A DNA stretch of 64,000 nucleotides, taken from contig CAVXVB010000002.1 of NCBI GenBank assembly GCA_963765205.1, positions 128,001 to 192,000 of the forward strand, in the 5' to 3' direction. The stretch is from an uncultured Verrucomicrobiae bacterium (GTDB taxonomy: Bacteria > Verrucomicrobiota > Verrucomicrobiia > Opitutales > JABDGR01). The number at the start of each line of letters is the position of its first letter. Within the stretch, counting starts at the first letter, position 1. Position numbers and translations under genes: made by a program. This document shows positions 31,792 to 43,188 of this stretch, one piece after another. Below the pieces are notes generated by a model. The model saw nothing but the letters and a program-made list of their open reading frames with translations. It had not been told where the DNA came from and ran no database searches.

Positions 31792-32110
31792 TTAGGCGGA
31801 ATTTTCCTTTGTCCCCACGCAAATAAAAACGCCATGTTGAAGGAGTCCCGGCTCATGGGGAGTGCAAGGGTCTTCTTTAAGTTTAATGGAAGCATCGGCA
31901 AACGCTTCTTTGATAATGCCTCCCCATTCCTTAACTTCATCTCCGTTGCACCGGATAAAAATACCCCGGTGACTGTGGAGAATTTTAAGCGTCGGTTGAA
32001 CAGTGGGACATCCTGCATCATTCAGGACGGCATCAATTTCATTGGCGTAGTTTTCAATTTCCTCGCCATCACAATGCCAAACCCTGACTGCAATTGGAGG
32101 TGCGATTGGA
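31792..32110 (-). pseudogene. 3' part (~105 codons) of a passenger gene inside IS1595
   Basis: Startless open frame PIAPPIAVRVWHCDGEEIENYANEIDAVL...GVFICVGTKENSA* begins where transposase similarity ends. Confidence 0.6.
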
Positions 32111-32735
32111 GAATGGCATTTTTGAGCGTATGGCCGGATACGTCAGCAACCACTCTCCGATGAATGTTGCCGTCGCGCTCTACCATTGCGAAAACTGGCG
32201 TTTTCGAGGTGCCCCGTCCGCGCTTGTGCAATCCGGTTCCCGGACGGGGTTTCCCTCCAATGTAGGTTTCATCGCACTCCACCTTTCCTTTGAGCCGGGG
32301 CGACGTTTCCGAGGTAATAGCAAATCTGACGCGGTGCATCAAGAACAGGGCCGACTTATAGCTAATCTGGCAATGCCGTTGAATTTCCAAGGCACTGACC
32401 CCCTTTTTTGAGGTGCTAATGCGCCAGAAGGCATAACACCAGTGTTTAAGGGGCAAGCGGGAATCCTCAAAGACCGTGCCAATACGCACGCTGAATTGCT
32501 CTTTGCAGACCCGGCAACGCCAAAGGAAACGGGAATTGCGGGTCTTGCCATCAGCACTCATCATCATTTTGGGGTTGGGAGCCTCGCAATGGGGGCAGCG
32601 AGGGGTGTTTCCCCAACGTTGGGCCTCCATTAGCTCTACCGCTGCCGTCTCATCCGCACAGGCCATTGGCAGCAAATCCCTTATAAGAGACGAGCGTTCT
32701 AGTTCTGGGTGTTGGTAGGTCGTTTTCATTATCAT
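32022..32735 (-). pseudogene. IS1595 (ISXO2-like) transposase, C-terminally truncated
   Basis: Zn ribbon CPHC...CRVC, KKGVSALEI, VECDETYIGG. The later TDE..Y and E segments are absent. Confidence 0.88.
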
Positions 32736-33196
32736 TACAATACTTCACGCACAGGCTTTTGTCAAGTGATTTTGAACAGATTTTTCAGGTATTTCTAAGC
32801 TGGCTTTTAGTGCCAAATTGTCTCGACTTGCCCACTTTAATCCGTCCATAAGTTCCGACTGCATAGCCAAATAAAAAGAAAGAGAAATCTCCCATTACCA
32901 CGGCGAAAATCTGCGCTTTTGACCAATGAGGAATTACGAAAATTACTCTCTCAAAGACCTTACTGCTCGTAAAGCTGTTTTGGATGGTTTCCTTATCGGG
33001 TATGGTGGCGGCGTGGTTGTTTGCACTCTGATAGCTTATGGCTTTGCACATTTTGATAACCGATGAGGAGGATTCAAAAAGCGGGCGGAATTAAATGCAG
33101 TAATTTCCGCGATTGAAAAAGAATATCCCGATCTAGCCTTGTGGGCACACCCTGCAAAAAAATGAGAATTTTACGCGAGATTTTAAGAATTAACTT

Positions 33197-33373
33197 ATGC
33201 AATCCAAACAAACCAAAGAAAAGACAGGCGAGCGCGACCCCTACGGCAAGCAAGACAAGCCGGGGCCAAGGCCGGAGACCCTTAAATTCGAGGGGCATTG
33301 GCATGATGCTGTCAAAATGGCCCTACACAAAAAGCGCCCGGCTGACGGCTGGCCTAAAATGCCGCGCAAGTAA
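33197..33373 (+). CDS. Small basic 58-aa protein at the end of IS1595
   Basis: MQSKQTKEKTGERDPYGKQDKPGPRPETLKFEGHWHDAVKMALHKKRPADGWPKMPRK; below the ORF-track length cutoff. Confidence 0.6.
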   Translation: MQSKQTKEKTGERDPYGKQDKPGPRPETLKFEGHWHDAVKMALHKKRPADGWPKMPRK

Positions 33374-33541
33374 TTCAGGGAAATTCAGGCTTTTTCAGGG
33401 ATATTCAACCCTTCCGCTATCTGTGCGTTAAATACATACTTCCGATAAGTTAATAGTGGGGCCGCGCCCGCAGCCCGCTGGGTTTGCACCGTAAAGCGGC
33501 GCGTCTAAAAGGCAATTGTAAAGCCCCGCGTGCCACCGGCC

Positions 33542-34705
33542 TCAAGGCCCCTGCCACGGTGCGCGGGTGGCGTGTTGGGGGAGGTATTTGGTTTTCAGCA
33601 GCCGCCAGGCCACCACCACAAACGCGGTCAGCGGCACGCCGAGAATAATGCCCAGCAAGCCGTGCAGCGCCTGCCCCCAGAAAAAAATCGAAACAATGAT
33701 AACCATCGGATGCAGGCCCGTGCGCTCTCCCATGATTTTCGGCGTGAGGTAATACGCCTCCACCACTTGCACGACCCCGATCACTGCGCCGGCTGCCGCC
33801 AGCAGCCCCCACCCGCCGTCCGGCTGGATATAGGCCACCGGCAAAATCACCGCCAGCCCGAGAATCACGCCGAGAAATGGCACCAGGTTGAGGAAACCGA
33901 AAAACAGCCCGAGCACAAAGCCGCCCTGCAAGCCGATGGCCATGAAACCGATTGCCTGCAATACGCCCATGATCAGCCCGATCAGCAGCCGACCATGGAA
34001 AAACGAAACCATGATCCCGGCAAATTCCCGGATCAAAAACACCACGTCCTCCCGCACCTTGGGTGGCAAAAAGGTCAGTTGCTCGCGGAAATCACGCGCG
34101 AAGTTGCGGTTCGATTCCAGCAAAAAAAACAAGTAAATCGGAATCACCGCCACGGCGGCGGAGAACTCGAAGAGCCGGCCCAGCGTGGACGGCGCGGACA
34201 ACAGCAGGGCGAGCACGCGCTGGTTCGCCTCGTTGACGCGGGCCAGCAGGTTCTGTTCATCAAGGTAATTCCGCACCATCTGGTAAACGTCCGGGTATTG
34301 GCGCAGGACGTTTTTCACGCGCGTGAAGGCGTGCCGGGCGGAATCCGGCCCGGCGTGCATCAAATCCACCAACTGGCTCATCAGCAGCGGCAGCACTAGC
34401 AAACCTAGGGCCAGGCACGCCGCCACCACTAAAAAATACAGCAGCAAAATCGCCCGCATTCGCGGCAGCTTGAGATTGTGTTCGAGGCTGTTGACCACCG
34501 GCCGCAGCAGCACGGCCAGGATGCCTGCGATGACCAGCGGCCAGATCACATGCCCGAACTCCGCCAGGAACAGCCGCAGCCCCCAGACTACGAGACACGC
34601 CACCGACAGCAAAAATAAACCGGCCAGTGCCGACACCGCCAGTGCCGTCAGGCGGCGCTGGCCGGGCGTGAGCCACGGGTGGTGGGGTGGGGGAAGGTCG
34701 TTCAT
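33542..34705 (-). CDS. AI-2E family transporter
   Basis: Multi-TM protein with NLVPFLG and TPKIMGERTGLHP...G.ILGVP. Confidence 0.92.
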   Translation of the reverse strand: MNDLPPPHHPWLTPGQRRLTALAVSALAGLFLLSVACLVVWGLRLFLAEFGHVIWPLVIAGILAVLLRPVVNSLEHNLKLPRMRAILLLYFLVVAACLALGLLVLPLLMSQLVDLMHAGPDSARHAFTRVKNVLRQYPDVYQMVRNYLDEQNLLARVNEANQRVLALLLSAPSTLGRLFEFSAAVAVIPIYLFFLLESNRNFARDFREQLTFLPPKVREDVVFLIREFAGIMVSFFHGRLLIGLIMGVLQAIGFMAIGLQGGFVLGLFFGFLNLVPFLGVILGLAVILPVAYIQPDGGWGLLAAAGAVIGVVQVVEAYYLTPKIMGERTGLHPMVIIVSIFFWGQALHGLLGIILGVPLTAFVVVAWRLLKTKYLPQHATRAPWQGP

Positions 34706-34727
34706 TCGGGTTGGTTTGGGCAATGGC

Positions 34728-35009
34728 TCAGTCCTCTTCGTCGCCCAGCCCCAGTTCCTTTTTGATTTCGGGGACTTGTTCCAGCTCGTCGAGCAATTCA
34801 TTCACGCTGAAATCGGCGACCACAAAATCGCCGTATTCAAACGTCGGCGTCAGCGCCTGCCCGCTGATCTCCACCATACGCAACATGGACGCTTTGCTTG
34901 CGGTCACATCGCGCACGTCGAGTTCAACCCCATGCTGGGAGAAAAACGCCATGGCCTCCCGGCACCACGGGCACCCGGGCTTGATGTAGAGAATGGGTTT
35001 ATGTTTCAT
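34728..35009 (-). CDS. Glutaredoxin family protein
   Basis: CPWC and SGQ.LTPT motifs. Confidence 0.9.
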   Translation of the reverse strand: MKHKPILYIKPGCPWCREAMAFFSQHGVELDVRDVTASKASMLRMVEISGQALTPTFEYGDFVVADFSVNELLDELEQVPEIKKELGLGDEED

Positions 35010-35134
35010 GAGTGGCCTCCTTCTTCCCAATATCGCCCCATTCCCGGCGGCGTTCAATGGCAAATCCTCGCAAAAATATGTGCGTTGAGGGTTGAGGGAC
35101 GTGCAATTTTGGCCGATACTGAAAGTTTGTCTCC

Positions 35135-38008
35135 ATGAGCCTGGACTCCGCCCTCCCTCTCGCCGCCGCGCCGCCCGCCTGCATCCACATCAAGGGCGCG
35201 CGCGAGCACAACTTGCGCAACCTCGAACTGCGCCTGCCGCGCCAGAAGCTCATCGTCATCACCGGCGTCAGCGGCTCCGGCAAGTCCTCGCTCGCCTTCG
35301 ACACGATTTACGCCGAAGGCTATCGCAAATACATGGAGAGCCTCTCTGTGCGCGCGCGGCAGTTGCTCGACCAGTTGAAGCGGCCGGAGGTGGACTTCAT
35401 CACCGGGCTGCCGCCCGTCATCGCCATCGAGCAGCGCACTGGTGCGGGCGCCAACCCGCGCAGTACCGTCGCCACCGTCACGGAAATCGCCGATTTCGCG
35501 CGGCTGGCCTGGACGCTGGCCGGCGAGCAGCGCTGCCCGCTCGACGGCGGGGCTATTGAGCGCCGCACGCTCGATGATTGCGTGGCGCGAATTTTCCAGG
35601 AACCGGCCAACAGCAAGCTCGTGCTCCTCGCGCCGGGCGAGACGGCCAAGCCCGCGTTTTGGCGCGAGGAAATTCCGCGCCTGCGCCAGCGCGGCTTCAC
35701 CCGCGCGCGCGTCAACGGCGTGCTGCGCGAATTGCAGGAGCCGGATTTGCTGGATGGCCGCGCGCGCGAAATCACCCTCGATTTGGTCGTGGATCGCCTG
35801 GTCATCGAGCCGGCGCAGCGCAGCCGGCTGGCGGACTCTCTCGAACTCGCCTTCCGTGAAGGCCGCGACCGCGCGCTTGCGCTGGTGCAAAGGGCCGCCG
35901 GCGGCGCGTGGAAGGAAATTCCGCTGAGCCAGAAGCTCGCCTGCGCGGTGTGCGGCACGGTATATGAGCCGCTCACGCCGCGGTATTTTTCCTACAACCA
36001 TCCCGAAGGCGCGTGCGCGGAATGTGGCGGCTTGGGCCGCACGCTGCAATTCGTGCCCGAGCTGGTCGCGCCCGACCCGGAAAAAACCGTGCGGCACGGC
36101 GCGATCAAGCCCTGGCGCTTCGGCTCGAAGGCGATGATCATCAAGCGCAACGCCATCCTGTGCCAGCTCGCCGCCCAATTGCCCTTCGACCCCGAAGTGC
36201 CCTGGCGCGAATTGCCGGAGGCCGCGCGTCACGCCATTATGCACGGAGCGGGCGAGCGCCTGTTCTCCTTCAAGTTGCGCGCGGGTAATCACAAGCCCGA
36301 GGCGCTGCCTTTCGCCGGCGTGCTGGCCGACCTCGAAGAAACCCGCCGCAATTCATCGAGCGACGGCTTGCGCGCGCGGCTGATGGCGTTTCAGGTTTCC
36401 ACGCCGTGCCTCGCGTGCAAGGGCCGGCGGCTGAACCCGCGGGCGCGCGCGGTGCGCGTGCGGGGCCAAGGCTTCGATGACTTCATGGCGATGACCGTGG
36501 ACGCCGCGCTGCACTTTGCGGGCGAGACCCGCGCGGGCGCGACCGGCTTCACGGCGGCGGTGGACGAAGCCTGGCGCGGCCTCGAACACCGCATGCATTT
36601 CCTTGGCGAAGTCGGCCTGGGCTACCTGACGCTCGAACGCGAATACGGCACGCTCAGCGGCGGCGAGACCCAGCGCGCGCGCCTTGCCACCCAACTCGGC
36701 ACCGGCCTGGTCGGCGTCGCCTACGTGCTTGATGAGCCGAGCATCGGCCTGCATCCGCGCGACAACCGCGCCCTCGTGCGCCTGCTGCTCGACCTGCGCG
36801 ACCGTGGCAACGCCGTCCTCGTTGTCGAGCACGACGCGGATATGATGCGCGCCGCCGACCACCTTGTTGAACTCGGCCCCGGCGCGGGCGCGCAGGGTGG
36901 AAAAATTCTTTTCGAAGGCACGCCGGCGGAATGCCTGACGGCGCCCGCCTCGCGCACCGGGCCGTATCTTTCCGGCCGCGCAAAGTTGGAGAAAAGCTTG
37001 CCCGACCGCATCCCCGATGGCCGCTGGCTGACGGTGCGCGGCGCGACGGAGCACAACCTGCAAAACGTGGACGCGGCCTTTCCCCTGCAAACGTTCACGG
37101 TCGTGTGCGGTGTGTCCGGCTCCGGCAAAAGCACGCTCGTGAACGAAATCCTTGGCCACGCCGCGGCGTGGAAGCTCAATGGCGCGAAGACCATTCCCGG
37201 CCGCCATCGCGCGCTCGACGGCCTCGAAAACTTCCAATCCGTCGTGCGCGTGGACCAGGAGCCGATTGGCCGCAGCCCGCGTTCGAACCCGGCGACGTAT
37301 ACCAAGCTGTTCGATTTGCTGCGGGAGTTGTTTGCCCACTGCGCGCTGGCCAAGGTGCGTGGCTACAAGGCCAATCGTTTTTCCTTCAACGTGCGCGGCG
37401 GCCGCTGCGAGCGCTGCCAGGGCGACGGTGTCATCCGGCTCGACATGCAATTTTTGGAGGAGGTGCATGTCGAGTGCCCCGGCTGCCGCGGCCGGCGCTA
37501 CAACCGCGAGACCCTCGAAGTGCGCTTCAAGGGCCTCAACATTGCCGACACGCTCGACTTGACCGTGGCCGAGGCGCTGGCGTTTTTCCGCGCGCAGCCG
37601 CGTTTGGTGGACAAACTGCGCACGCTCGACGCCGTCGGCCTCGGCTACCTCAAGCTCGGCCAGCCCGCGACGACGCTCTCCGGCGGCGAAGCGCAGCGGC
37701 TGAAACTTTCGCTCGAACTGAGTAAGCGTCAGCAGGGCGGGACACTCTATTTGCTCGACGAGCCAACCACTGGACTGCACTGGGAGGATATCCAGCGCCT
37801 GCTCGATTTGCTGTTCCAATTACGTGAGGCGGGCAACACCATCGTCGTCATTGAGCACCACCTCGATGTGATCCGCCAAGCCGACTGGGTGTTGGAACTC
37901 GGGCCCGGCGGCGGCGCGGCGGGCGGACGTTTGATTTTCGCCGGGGCGCCCGCGGCCTTGGCGCGCGCGGACACGCCGACGGGCGTTTGCCTCAGGAACC
38001 CGGGGTGA
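35135..38008 (+). CDS. uvrA: Excinuclease ABC subunit A
   Basis: GAREHNL, two GVSGSGKS motifs, zinc fingers, LSGGEAQR. Confidence 0.97.
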   Translation: MSLDSALPLAAAPPACIHIKGAREHNLRNLELRLPRQKLIVITGVSGSGKSSLAFDTIYAEGYRKYMESLSVRARQLLDQLKRPEVDFITGLPPVIAIEQRTGAGANPRSTVATVTEIADFARLAWTLAGEQRCPLDGGAIERRTLDDCVARIFQEPANSKLVLLAPGETAKPAFWREEIPRLRQRGFTRARVNGVLRELQEPDLLDGRAREITLDLVVDRLVIEPAQRSRLADSLELAFREGRDRALALVQRAAGGAWKEIPLSQKLACAVCGTVYEPLTPRYFSYNHPEGACAECGGLGRTLQFVPELVAPDPEKTVRHGAIKPWRFGSKAMIIKRNAILCQLAAQLPFDPEVPWRELPEAARHAIMHGAGERLFSFKLRAGNHKPEALPFAGVLADLEETRRNSSSDGLRARLMAFQVSTPCLACKGRRLNPRARAVRVRGQGFDDFMAMTVDAALHFAGETRAGATGFTAAVDEAWRGLEHRMHFLGEVGLGYLTLEREYGTLSGGETQRARLATQLGTGLVGVAYVLDEPSIGLHPRDNRALVRLLLDLRDRGNAVLVVEHDADMMRAADHLVELGPGAGAQGGKILFEGTPAECLTAPASRTGPYLSGRAKLEKSLPDRIPDGRWLTVRGATEHNLQNVDAAFPLQTFTVVCGVSGSGKSTLVNEILGHAAAWKLNGAKTIPGRHRALDGLENFQSVVRVDQEPIGRSPRSNPATYTKLFDLLRELFAHCALAKVRGYKANRFSFNVRGGRCERCQGDGVIRLDMQFLEEVHVECPGCRGRRYNRETLEVRFKGLNIADTLDLTVAEALAFFRAQPRLVDKLRTLDAVGLGYLKLGQPATTLSGGEAQRLKLSLELSKRQQGGTLYLLDEPTTGLHWEDIQRLLDLLFQLREAGNTIVVIEHHLDVIRQADWVLELGPGGGAAGGRLIFAGAPAALARADTPTGVCLRNPG

Positions 38009-38831
38009 TGGCCGGGCCGCCTTCCGGGACGATCAGGCCCGACGGCTCGGCCAGAGTCGCCGCCTCGACGCGGCTGATATGAACGACCAGATACTTATAC
38101 AATGTCACCGGTTTGATGGGCACATCCGGGCGGGTCGGCGCCAGGCGTTCCGACAGGAGAAAACAGGAATAGGATCCCGCCCGCGCAATCGCGTCTTTCG
38201 TCACCACCGTCGCCGCCGTGACGGGCAGGAAGGTTCCCGGCACGGTGGGGTTGGCCACCCACTTTACTTCCGTGGAATCGTATAAATGCACGCTGAACCA
38301 AATCCCGTCCTGCGTTTCCATGCGGGCGAGGAAATAGATGATTTGGCCCAAGGGCAGCGAATAACCCAGCGGGTGGCCCGCCTTGTCCGCGTCGAGCACC
38401 ATCACATTGTCCGACCGGGTCTTTGCGCCCATGACGCACATCAATTCGACGGGCTTGAAATCCACCGCATTTTCCGGTTTCCATTGCGCTTCGGACAGGG
38501 AAAAGTCCGTCATGTCCGGTGGTGGCTTATAGATGGATTCCATCTCGCCCACCTCGACACTCAGCCATTCCTGGTGCATTTCCGCGGGCTTGTAGTCAGA
38601 GGCAAAATCAGCAAAGTCCATTGGGAGATTGGGCTTGTGCGGCCCCGGGGAAGCCGGGGCTGGCGCGGGCGATGGACTTGGGGCCGGCGTGGTGGTTGCA
38701 GTCGTGGCGGCAGTTGCCGCATCGTCAGCGGCGCGGGTGGGTGTTAATGCACTGGCCAGCGCGAGTGCGCCGAGGAAGCACCAAGTCGGGTGCTGGCGAA
38801 ACTTCCGTAATGGAGAAAAGGGAGATTTCAT
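37992..38831 (-). CDS. Secreted hypothetical protein
   Basis: Signal peptide followed by a Thr/Pro-rich linker. Confidence 0.65.
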   Translation of the reverse strand: MKSPFSPLRKFRQHPTWCFLGALALASALTPTRAADDAATAATTATTTPAPSPSPAPAPASPGPHKPNLPMDFADFASDYKPAEMHQEWLSVEVGEMESIYKPPPDMTDFSLSEAQWKPENAVDFKPVELMCVMGAKTRSDNVMVLDADKAGHPLGYSLPLGQIIYFLARMETQDGIWFSVHLYDSTEVKWVANPTVPGTFLPVTAATVVTKDAIARAGSYSCFLLSERLAPTRPDVPIKPVTLYKYLVVHISRVEAATLAEPSGLIVPEGGPAITPGS

Positions 38832-38860
38832 GGCTGTTATTGCGGACGCAGAGCCGGCTG

Positions 38861-39421
38861 TCAGTTTTTCATCGAAAAATTGTTCTGGATGTAATCAATG
38901 TCCGCCTGGAGATCCTTCAGTTCCTCGGCCCAGTAATATTCGATCACCATGATGTTGTGGTGGTCGCTGTTGAAGATGAAAACCTTGATCCCGCCGGGGT
39001 AGGTGTCGAGAATCTTGCCCTTGAGGTGCATGCCGGTGCCCTTGAACTGGCCCCATTCATCAATCTTCGTTTTCGTCAGTGCGTTGATGGCGTAGCCGTC
39101 GAGGCCTTCAATCGTCGAGGCCAGCAATTTGACGGTGTCGGCGGTCTTGTCCACGATGTCAAAGGAAACGTAGCTCTGCTTTTTGTCCGGGCCGTTGAGG
39201 GTGAAGTGGCTTTCCGCCTTGTAGTCCGGGTCGTCCGTGGCCTCCTTCCACGCGGTGGGGTATTTGAGGGCAAAATTCGTGCGGTCAATGACTTTGAATT
39301 CGGCGGCAGCCGGGGCGTCGTCCGCGCGCGCCGTCGCCAGCAAAGCCAGCGCCGCCACCGCGGCGAATCGCCCGCGCGAGAGGAAACGTCGCAGCCCGGC
39401 AAAAAAGAAACAATTTTTCAT
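38861..39421 (-). CDS. Secreted hypothetical protein (possibly PsbP/Mog1-like)
   Basis: Signal peptide ending TARA; FALKYPTAWK motif. Confidence 0.65.
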   Translation of the reverse strand: MKNCFFFAGLRRFLSRGRFAAVAALALLATARADDAPAAAEFKVIDRTNFALKYPTAWKEATDDPDYKAESHFTLNGPDKKQSYVSFDIVDKTADTVKLLASTIEGLDGYAINALTKTKIDEWGQFKGTGMHLKGKILDTYPGGIKVFIFNSDHHNIMVIEYYWAEELKDLQADIDYIQNNFSMKN

Positions 39422-39553
39422 GGACGGGGAAAAGACGAAGGAGCGGGGCAGGGGAAAAGCTGCTAGCCCAGCTGATCAGGCTTCGTCAAGCCCCCGTATG
39501 ATTGCACAAAGACTGCCGCTGGCAACCATCATTTTTTCCATCCAACTTCTTAA

Positions 39554-40912
39554 TCACACTTCGGTCGCCTCGCCCGGCACGGGGTCAATCACGCGCGGGG
39601 CGTGGGGCGCACGGGCGAGTTCCCCGGCAAACCAGGCGCGCGCGGGCGGGTCGCCGTGGGTGATGACGACGGTGCGCGGACGGCGGGCTAACGCGTAGGC
39701 GAGCAGTTCCTCCCGCTCGGCGTGCGCGCTCAAGTCGAATCGCTCGACCCGCGCCCGCACGGGGGTGACGAACGGCAGGGTGTCAAAGGTGAATTTTTCG
39801 CCGGGTTTGGTGGCCAGCAGCTTGCCGCCGGGCGTTTCCGGGTCGCAATAGCCCGCGAAATAAATCGCGTTGCGCGGCTGCGCCAGCAGGCCCGCGGCAA
39901 ACGCATACGACGGCGTGTTCTCGACCATCATGCCGCTGCTCAACACATACAGGCCGCGCTGGCCGGGTTCGCGCCCCGGCCCAAGTTTCTGCCGCAGCGG
40001 CTGCACGTTCATCTCCTGCAGGATGCGGCGGCGAAAGCGGATGGTGGGGTTCGTTTTCGCCAGTTCGTCAAAATGGTTCACCAAGTCCAGCCCGAGGCCC
40101 GAGGCGAAAATCAGCGACTCCGGCAATTTCCGCGCGCGCCGCGCGGCGTGCAGCAGCGCGAGCACTTCCTGCATCCGCCCGAGCGCGAACACTGGCACCA
40201 GCGCCGTGCCGCCGCCCGCCAGGGTTTGCCCGAGCGCCTCGATGAACCGCGCCGCCTCGGAGTCCCGCGTCGTGCCCACTGCGCGCCCCCGCGCCCCCCG
40301 CGTGATCTCAGTGACGACGGTGTCAAACTTGTCCTCGGGAAAACGCGCCCCCGTCAGCGTCAATTGGTCGGCAAACAGCACGTCGCCGGTGAAAAATATC
40401 CGCTCCTTCCCGTAAACAACACGCAGGCCCGCCGCGCCCGCGACGTGGCCTGCCGGGAAAAAAGTAAGTTCGAGCCGGTGTCCTTTTTTGACCAGGGTGT
40501 GGGGCTTGGCGAACGGCACGGCCCGCAACCGGCCTTCGAGGCGCTCGACTTCGCCATAGGTGAACAGCGGCAGCTCGCTCAGGCCGAGTTCCTCGCGCTG
40601 GCGCAGCATCACCCCGCACGAATTGCGCAGCATCCGCGGCAGCAGCACCTGCGTCGGCGGCGTCACGAAAATCTGCGCGGAGGGCTGATAGCGCGCCAGC
40701 ACCGGCAACCCGCCGATATGGTCGAGGTGGCTGTGCGTGATGACGATGAAATCCAGCGAATCGTCGGCCAATTTTGCCAGCGCGGGCAGCGAACCGGCGC
40801 CGGCCTTTTTCGGGTGCATCCCGCAGTCGAACACGAAACGGAAGGGCCCGAGTTCGATGAGGAGGCAGTTCGAGCCAATGTCGCGCGCGGGATTGAGGTC
40901 GGTCAGTTGCAT
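39554..40912 (-). CDS. MBL-fold beta-CASP nuclease
   Basis: THSHLDHIG, AGHVAG, TGD, FALGRMQE and LSAHA motifs. Confidence 0.93.
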   Translation of the reverse strand: MQLTDLNPARDIGSNCLLIELGPFRFVFDCGMHPKKAGAGSLPALAKLADDSLDFIVITHSHLDHIGGLPVLARYQPSAQIFVTPPTQVLLPRMLRNSCGVMLRQREELGLSELPLFTYGEVERLEGRLRAVPFAKPHTLVKKGHRLELTFFPAGHVAGAAGLRVVYGKERIFFTGDVLFADQLTLTGARFPEDKFDTVVTEITRGARGRAVGTTRDSEAARFIEALGQTLAGGGTALVPVFALGRMQEVLALLHAARRARKLPESLIFASGLGLDLVNHFDELAKTNPTIRFRRRILQEMNVQPLRQKLGPGREPGQRGLYVLSSGMMVENTPSYAFAAGLLAQPRNAIYFAGYCDPETPGGKLLATKPGEKFTFDTLPFVTPVRARVERFDLSAHAEREELLAYALARRPRTVVITHGDPPARAWFAGELARAPHAPRVIDPVPGEATEV

Positions 40913-40948
40913 GGGTGGCGGGCATAAATTATTCGCAAAGGTTTTGTT

Positions 40949-40976
40949 TCGTAGCGCGGTGCTTCAGCCCGCGCTG
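40949..40976 (+). repeat. GTAG-type REP
   Basis: CGTAGCGCGGTGCTTCAGCCCGCGC matches the inner REP at 16703. Confidence 0.8.
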
Positions 40977-41028
40977 CTTGTCCTTATCAGTATTCGCGAG
41001 CATGGTCTAGGTTCTGTTTTAAAACTAA

Positions 41029-41118
41029 ACCACAGATGGCACGGATAGCACGGATGGCTTTCATCCTAAGGGCTGCAGCCGTGATCTCTTTATCCGTGCT
41101 ATCCGTGTCATCCGTGGT
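41029..41118. repeat. Inverted tandem 9-mer arms (CACGGATrr x3)
   Basis: ACCACAGATGGCACGGATAGCACGGAT versus ATCCGTGCTATCCGTGTCATCCGTGGT, 25/27 complementary. Confidence 0.88.
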
Positions 41119-41142
41119 GTCTTGGGGATTTAAAACACAGTT

Positions 41143-42026
41143 GCTGTGTTGAAAACATAAATGGCCGCGTTTGTCCACTATCTGTGGAGGGCGTAGGCAA
41201 GGACACGCAGGGTGGCCTCTTTGAGTAATTGGGTTTCGGTGCGGCTGTTTAAGGCGCTGCCGAACTTGCGTTTGAGCGCGCTGAAGAAACTTTCCACCTG
41301 CCAGCGGCGGCCATAGCCGCGGGCCCGCAGGTGTTCCGGCGTCATGCGGGAACGCCACTGCCCCCCGAGGGTTCCGTCCGCCCGATGCACCACTGGCCGG
41401 ATCAGGCTTTCGGTGCCTTGGGCGTGTGCGCGGACAGGCACCCATTCGGCGTCGTCGCCGGCGTCGGCGTAGAGCCGCGCGGGCGCGGTGGCCGCAAAGG
41501 TTTGTTCCAGCAATGGCGCCGCGTGGCATTTGTCGTTGCGCGGCCCCCAGCCCACCACCAGCCCCACGGGCAGCAGGCTGCCGCACAACACGGCGGCGGA
41601 AACTTTCACGAACCGGTGCCGTGTTCGGCCAGTGCGGCTAAGGTCATGCGCGCTGGCCACCGTCTTTTCCAGCCCGGTGGCGTCCACCGCCGCGCTGACC
41701 CGCCGCCCCTGCCGCCGGGCGGCCGCCTTGGCCGCGCCGCCCAACTGGGCCAGGATGGCCGCCGCAATGGCCTGCACCTGCGCGCGGGCGCTGAACTTTT
41801 GCAGCGTGGTGTAATGCGGCAGTTTGTCCGTGAAGCCCAGCTGCTGGCGCAACACCTCGCTGGTGGCCAGCACCTCCAACACCCCGCGGTAGGTCGTCTT
41901 GAGGCAGGCCTTCAGGAGCAGGCCACTCATCAACTGGCGTTGGGTGAAGTCGTGGCGGCTCTTGGCCGCGCCGCAGGCATCGAGGTGGCGCGCCCCCAGC
42001 CGCATCGCCAGTTCCGTAAATCGCGC
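41143..42026 (-). mobile_element. IS5/IS4-type DDE element, 5'-truncated by a second IS (transposase 41178-42005)
   Basis: VDATG, YADAG.D and RWQVESFFSALKRKFG motifs; probable end GCTGTGTTGAAAAC at ~41143. Confidence 0.85.
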
Positions 42027-42028
42027 TA

Positions 42029-42874
42029 GAGGCTGTCCGAAAAGTCTGATTTGGTCAAGTGATGGGCAGATGGGGTAGTGCGATCATGAGGCAGCCGAGG
42101 GTGGCGAAGGCGCAAAAGAGCGAGGCGTGTTTTTCCCAGCGGGTTAAAAGTCGGCGATGGTAGCCCAGCCAGGCGATGGTGCGTTCGACTTTCCAGCGGC
42201 GGCGGTAGCGGCGCAGAGGCCGGCCATCTTGGGTGACATTTTCAGGCAGGCGGTTTTGGCGGTGTGGGGCGATCATCTCGATGCCCAGTTCGGCGAGCGT
42301 TTCGTCCAGTTCGTCCACGTCGTAGGCTTTGTCGCCGATGAGCCGTTTGGGTTGGGCCACAGGTTCACCCAGTTCAAGGGTTTGTTGCACCAGGTCGTGC
42401 TCGGCCACCCCGGAGGCCTCCACCGACAGCGCCAAAGGAATCCCTTGTCCATCAACGATTACCTGCAGCTTGGTTCCTTTGCCCTTGGGGCTGAGGCCCA
42501 CTGCGTCACCCCCACCCTTGGCGGCGGCAAAGGTGGCGTCCACAAAGCACTCTTCCAAGTCGATGCGCCCCGCTTCCACCCGTTGGCGGATGACCTTGGC
42601 CAGCAGGGAGCGGAAGGCCCGCGACTGGCTCCAGCGTTGCCGGTAGTCATGCACGGTGGACTTGGGCGGAAAACTCCGCGGCAGGTATTCCCACTGAATC
42701 CCGGTGTGCAGCACGAACAACAAGGCCTCGAAGACCCGCCGGGCGTCGGCCCGCGGCCGCCCATACCGGCTGGTCTTGGGCCGTTCCAACACCGGCTTCA
42801 ATAACTCCCATTGTGCATCAGTTGTAAACATATTGTCCTATAAGCACAAACCTTGCCACTTTTCGGATAGACTC
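42029..42874 (-). mobile_element. IS5-family element (IS427/IS1031-like; transposase 42055-42831)
   Basis: TIRs GAGGCTGTCCGAAAAG and GAGTCTATCCGAAAAG flanked by TA. DUF4096-like N-terminus, VDAT, GDKAYD, RWKVERTIAW. Confidence 0.92.
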
Positions 42875-42876
42875 TA

Positions 42877-43058
42877 ATGCCAAATCCCCAGCCATGGATG
42901 TCCCTAATTCTCGCCTTTGTCCAGATATGGTTCACGGTAACCAGAAAGACCACGTTGTTTGACAGAGCCATTGAATGCTGAAGAAAGTTTCTAATCAGAC
43001 TGCCGAAGAGTTCACTTAATTGCTCTTGCAGTGTTGGTATTGTTTTGTCATCGCTCAT
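42877..43058 (-). pseudogene. Low-GC ORF truncated by the IS5 element
   Basis: MSDDKTIPTLQEQL... runs directly into the IS end. Confidence 0.45.
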
Positions 43059-43188
43059 GTTCGTTCAATTAAAGGCATCCAGCCGTTTTTTTGCCAGTAA
43101 AATATTGGCAATGTAGCATCTGGAACCGAATGCTCAAATGCCATTGCAAGGCCTAGGTCATGGAAAGGCGGCTCCGTCGCCGACGTTC

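Larger units (their letters stand above)
31719..33444. mobile_element. IS1595-family element with an internal deletion and passenger DNA
   Basis: Perfect 25-bp TIR CGGAAGTATGTATTTAACGCACAGA; 8-bp TSD ATAAGTTA (31711-31718 and 33445-33452). Confidence 0.95.

Noticed and set aside
31716..32021. 101-aa ORF as the IS1595 passenger
   Set aside because: It runs through the TIR; the alternative frame ending at 31792 is more protein-like and stops inside the element.
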